Below are positions 51,398-53,370 of a stretch of 53,370 nucleotides of DNA, piece by piece. Under the pieces are notes generated by a model. The model was not told where the DNA came from, searched no databases, and saw nothing but the letters and a program-made list of their open reading frames with translations. The stretch comes from Candidatus Nomurabacteria bacterium. GTDB lineage: Bacteria; Patescibacteriota; Minisyncoccia; Phycocordibacterales; UBA9973. Location of the stretch: positions 1-53,370 of the forward strand of contig CALRHK010000001.1 in assembly GCA_943359475.1 (NCBI GenBank), written 5' to 3'. Numbering within the stretch: position 1 is the first letter of the stretch; each line of letters starts with the position of its first letter. The translations under genes were made by a program, and so were the position numbers.

Positions 51398-52114
51398 ATG
51401 GCAACACGAACAACGACAAAGAAAAAGACACTTGCGAAAGACGCATCACTTGAAGCGCCAATTTATGGTGCATCAGGTAAAAATGAAGGCACTGTAGCAC
51501 TTCCAGGACGAATCTTCGGTCTTCCTTGGAATGCTGATCTCGTACACCAAGTTCTCTTGGCAGAACGCTCAAACCAGCGTGCAAATACCGCACAAGTAAA
51601 GGGTCGCGGTGAAGTACGTGGAGGCGGTAAGAAACCATGGAAACAAAAAGGTACTGGCCGTGCACGTCACGGTTCAAGCCGTAGCCCAATTTGGCGCGGT
51701 GGAGGTATTACGCATGGTCCAACTACAGATCGAAATTACGACAAGAAGGTGAATAAAAAAATGCGCGCAAAAGCGCTCTACACACTTCTTTCACAGAAGT
51801 ATAAAGATGGTGAACTTCTTTTTGTTTCTCCAATTGAAATGAAAGAAATTAAAACCAAAACTGCAGCCTCTGTAGTAAAGACACTTGCAGCTATCAAAGG
51901 CTACGAAGGTCTTAACCGCAGTAAACATACAACCGCACTCCTTACGACTCCAGAATTGAATGCAACAATCACAAAAAGTTTCCGAAACTTGGAAAATGTA
52001 TCGGTCGACACTATTAAGAACTTGAGCCCACTCACGATTGCTTCATTCCGCTTCCTCGTAATTACTGCACCGGAAGAATCAATCGCCTTCTTGGCAAAGA
52101 AGATTGGCGCGTAA
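51398..52114 (+). CDS. rplD: 50S ribosomal protein L4
   Basis: GGGKKPWKQKGTGRARHGSSRSPIWRGGG. The start was trimmed to the ATG at 51398. Confidence 0.95.
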   Translation: MATRTTTKKKTLAKDASLEAPIYGASGKNEGTVALPGRIFGLPWNADLVHQVLLAERSNQRANTAQVKGRGEVRGGGKKPWKQKGTGRARHGSSRSPIWRGGGITHGPTTDRNYDKKVNKKMRAKALYTLLSQKYKDGELLFVSPIEMKEIKTKTAASVVKTLAAIKGYEGLNRSKHTTALLTTPELNATITKSFRNLENVSVDTIKNLSPLTIASFRFLVITAPEESIAFLAKKIGA

Positions 52115-52120
52115 TACTTT

Positions 52121-52459
52121 ATGGCTAAAAAAGAAACAACAAAGAAAAAGACTACACGTCAGCCAGTAACTGCTGGTAAGAAAGAGAACTATGAACACCT
52201 TCTCTTGCAACCTCGTGTCACTGAAAAAGCAACAATGCTTGCAGAACGTAATGTCTACACATTTGATGTTGCACCAACTGCAACTAAAAATGAAATCGAG
52301 AAGGCGATCAAAAGCCTCTACAACGTAATGCCAGAAAAGGTGCGCGTACTTCCGAATCCATACAAAAAAACGATGATTCGCGGCAAGGTCGGTCAAAAAG
52401 GTGGTGGCAAGAAAGCGCTTGTCTACTTGGCTCCTGGCGATACTATCGCATTTGCTTAA
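52121..52459 (+). CDS. rplW: 50S ribosomal protein L23
   Basis: LLQPRVTEKATMLAERNVYTFDVAPTATKNEIEKAIKSLY is L23 core preceded by a 23-aa Lys/Thr-rich tail. Confidence 0.93.
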   Translation: MAKKETTKKKTTRQPVTAGKKENYEHLLLQPRVTEKATMLAERNVYTFDVAPTATKNEIEKAIKSLYNVMPEKVRVLPNPYKKTMIRGKVGQKGGGKKALVYLAPGDTIAFA

Positions 52460-52477
52460 TCCATATAAATTATTGGT

Positions 52478-53326
52478 ATGAAAAAATATAAACCAACATC
52501 CCCATCACGTCGTCAGATGTCCACGATTAACTATCGTGAAGTATTGACTGCGAGCTCACCAGTGAAAGCACTCACCAAGGGTCGCAAGCGTGCCATGGGT
52601 CGAAATAGCCAAGGACGAATTACGACTCGCCATAAAGGTGGTGGTAATAAGCGTCTCTTCCGAGATATCGACTTTCTTTACAACAAGAAAGACATTCCCG
52701 CAAAAGTTGCTTCAGTAGAATACGATCCAAACCGTTCTGCATTTATCGCGCTTGTCATTTACCGTGATGGTGAGAAACGTTACATCCTCTCAGGTAAAAA
52801 TACTCGTGTCGGCGATAGTTTTATCGTTTCAGAAAAAGCTCCTTTGAGCGCAGGAAATCGTCTCCCCCTCCGTTTGATTCCAGTAGGTACTTTTGTGTAC
52901 AACATTGAAATTAAACCAGAAGGCGGAGCAAAGTTTGCTCGCTCAGCAGGAAACTTTGCACAGGTAGTTGCAAACGCTGATGGGTATACCAACTTGAAAA
53001 TGCCTTCATCTGAAATTCGTAAAGTTTCAGAAAAGTGTTGGGCAACAATTGGTGAAGCATCAAATGATGAGCACCACCTCGTGAACTACGGTAAGGCAGG
53101 ACGCTCACGTTGGCGTGGTATACGCCCTACAGTGCGCGGTACAGCCATGAACCCAGTAGACCACCCATACGGTGGAGGTGAAGGCCGTCAGGGCCGAGGA
53201 ACCAAGCGTCCAAAGACGCTCTGGGGTAAAGTTACTGGTGGTCGCAAGACACGTACACCAAAGAAATACTCAAACCCTTTCATTGTCTCTCGTCGCAAAA
53301 CAGGCAAGAAGCGCAAAGAAAGCTAA
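52478..53326 (+). CDS. rplB: 50S ribosomal protein L2
   Basis: KKYKPTSPSRRQM...GGGNKRLFR...VRGTAMNPVDHPYGGGEGR. Confidence 0.97.
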   Translation: MKKYKPTSPSRRQMSTINYREVLTASSPVKALTKGRKRAMGRNSQGRITTRHKGGGNKRLFRDIDFLYNKKDIPAKVASVEYDPNRSAFIALVIYRDGEKRYILSGKNTRVGDSFIVSEKAPLSAGNRLPLRLIPVGTFVYNIEIKPEGGAKFARSAGNFAQVVANADGYTNLKMPSSEIRKVSEKCWATIGEASNDEHHLVNYGKAGRSRWRGIRPTVRGTAMNPVDHPYGGGEGRQGRGTKRPKTLWGKVTGGRKTRTPKKYSNPFIVSRRKTGKKRKES

Positions 53327-53340
53327 AAGTACTCAGAAAC

Positions 53341-53368
53341 AAAAAACCGCTTCAGTGCGGTTTTTTGT
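53341..53368 (+). terminator. rho-independent terminator directly after rplB
   Basis: aaaaaaccgc-ttcagt-gcggtttttt. Confidence 0.75.
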
Positions 53369-53370
53369 TT

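Noticed and set aside
1-53370. Alternative genetic code (UGA recoding as in Gracilibacteria/SR1, code 25 or 4)
   Set aside because: All conserved genes (pnp, fusA, tuf, nusA, rny, r-proteins) are uninterrupted under code 11. TGA also functions as a genuine stop, for example at 7650-7652 and 2769-2771.

Overview
This 53.4-kb window comes from a compact, moderately AT-rich bacterial genome that uses the standard genetic code. TGA acts as a stop, and no conserved gene is interrupted by one.

Gene content suggests a Patescibacteria/CPR (Parcubacteria-like) organism, by inference only. The supporting features are:
- a trigger factor lacking its PPIase domain
- RNase Y and ComEC
- only tpiA and pgk from central metabolism
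- many tiny membrane or secreted orphan genes
- tRNAs without an encoded CCA end
- almost no Shine-Dalgarno sequences

The housekeeping backbone contains:
- pnp (truncated at the left window edge), rpsO, xerC/D-like recombinase, xthA, cca, yraN
- hup, rny, clpP, tig, ppa, nusA
- tpiA, pgk, a HIT protein, recJ, rnhA, comEC plus a separate MBL domain, SOD, rpmB, an M50 protease
- the str/S10 ribosomal block: rpsL, rpsG, fusA, tuf, rpsJ, rplC, rplD, rplW, rplB
- five tRNAs: Arg-TCG, Gly-GCC, Pro-TGG, Pro-GGG and Gly-TCC

The lead candidate for a novel system lies at 25214-32741. It is two tandem copies of a three-gene secreted or surface module. Each copy has a small single-pass protein, a very large Trp/Gly-repeat plus Ig-like protein, and an anchored fibre-like protein with a conserved PPGN...PINVG...Q-K-G N-terminal motif. 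No recognisable pilus, secretion or sortase machinery is present.

Other notable signals:
- A three-gene orphan insertion splits rpsG from fusA and is marked by a 21-bp duplication of the rpsG 3' end.
- A 22-bp duplication of the tRNA-Gly(TCC) 3' end resembles an att scar.
- Three secreted or lipoprotein cassettes are inserted between clpP and tig.
- A P-loop NTPase is fused to a CYTH domain.
- RNase HI carries a C-terminal hybrid-binding domain.
- S12 has Pro-to-Ile at the classical streptomycin-phenotype proline.
- S10, L4 and L23 share similar Lys/Thr-rich N-terminal tails.

All functional calls come from reading the translated sequence by eye. No database search was run.
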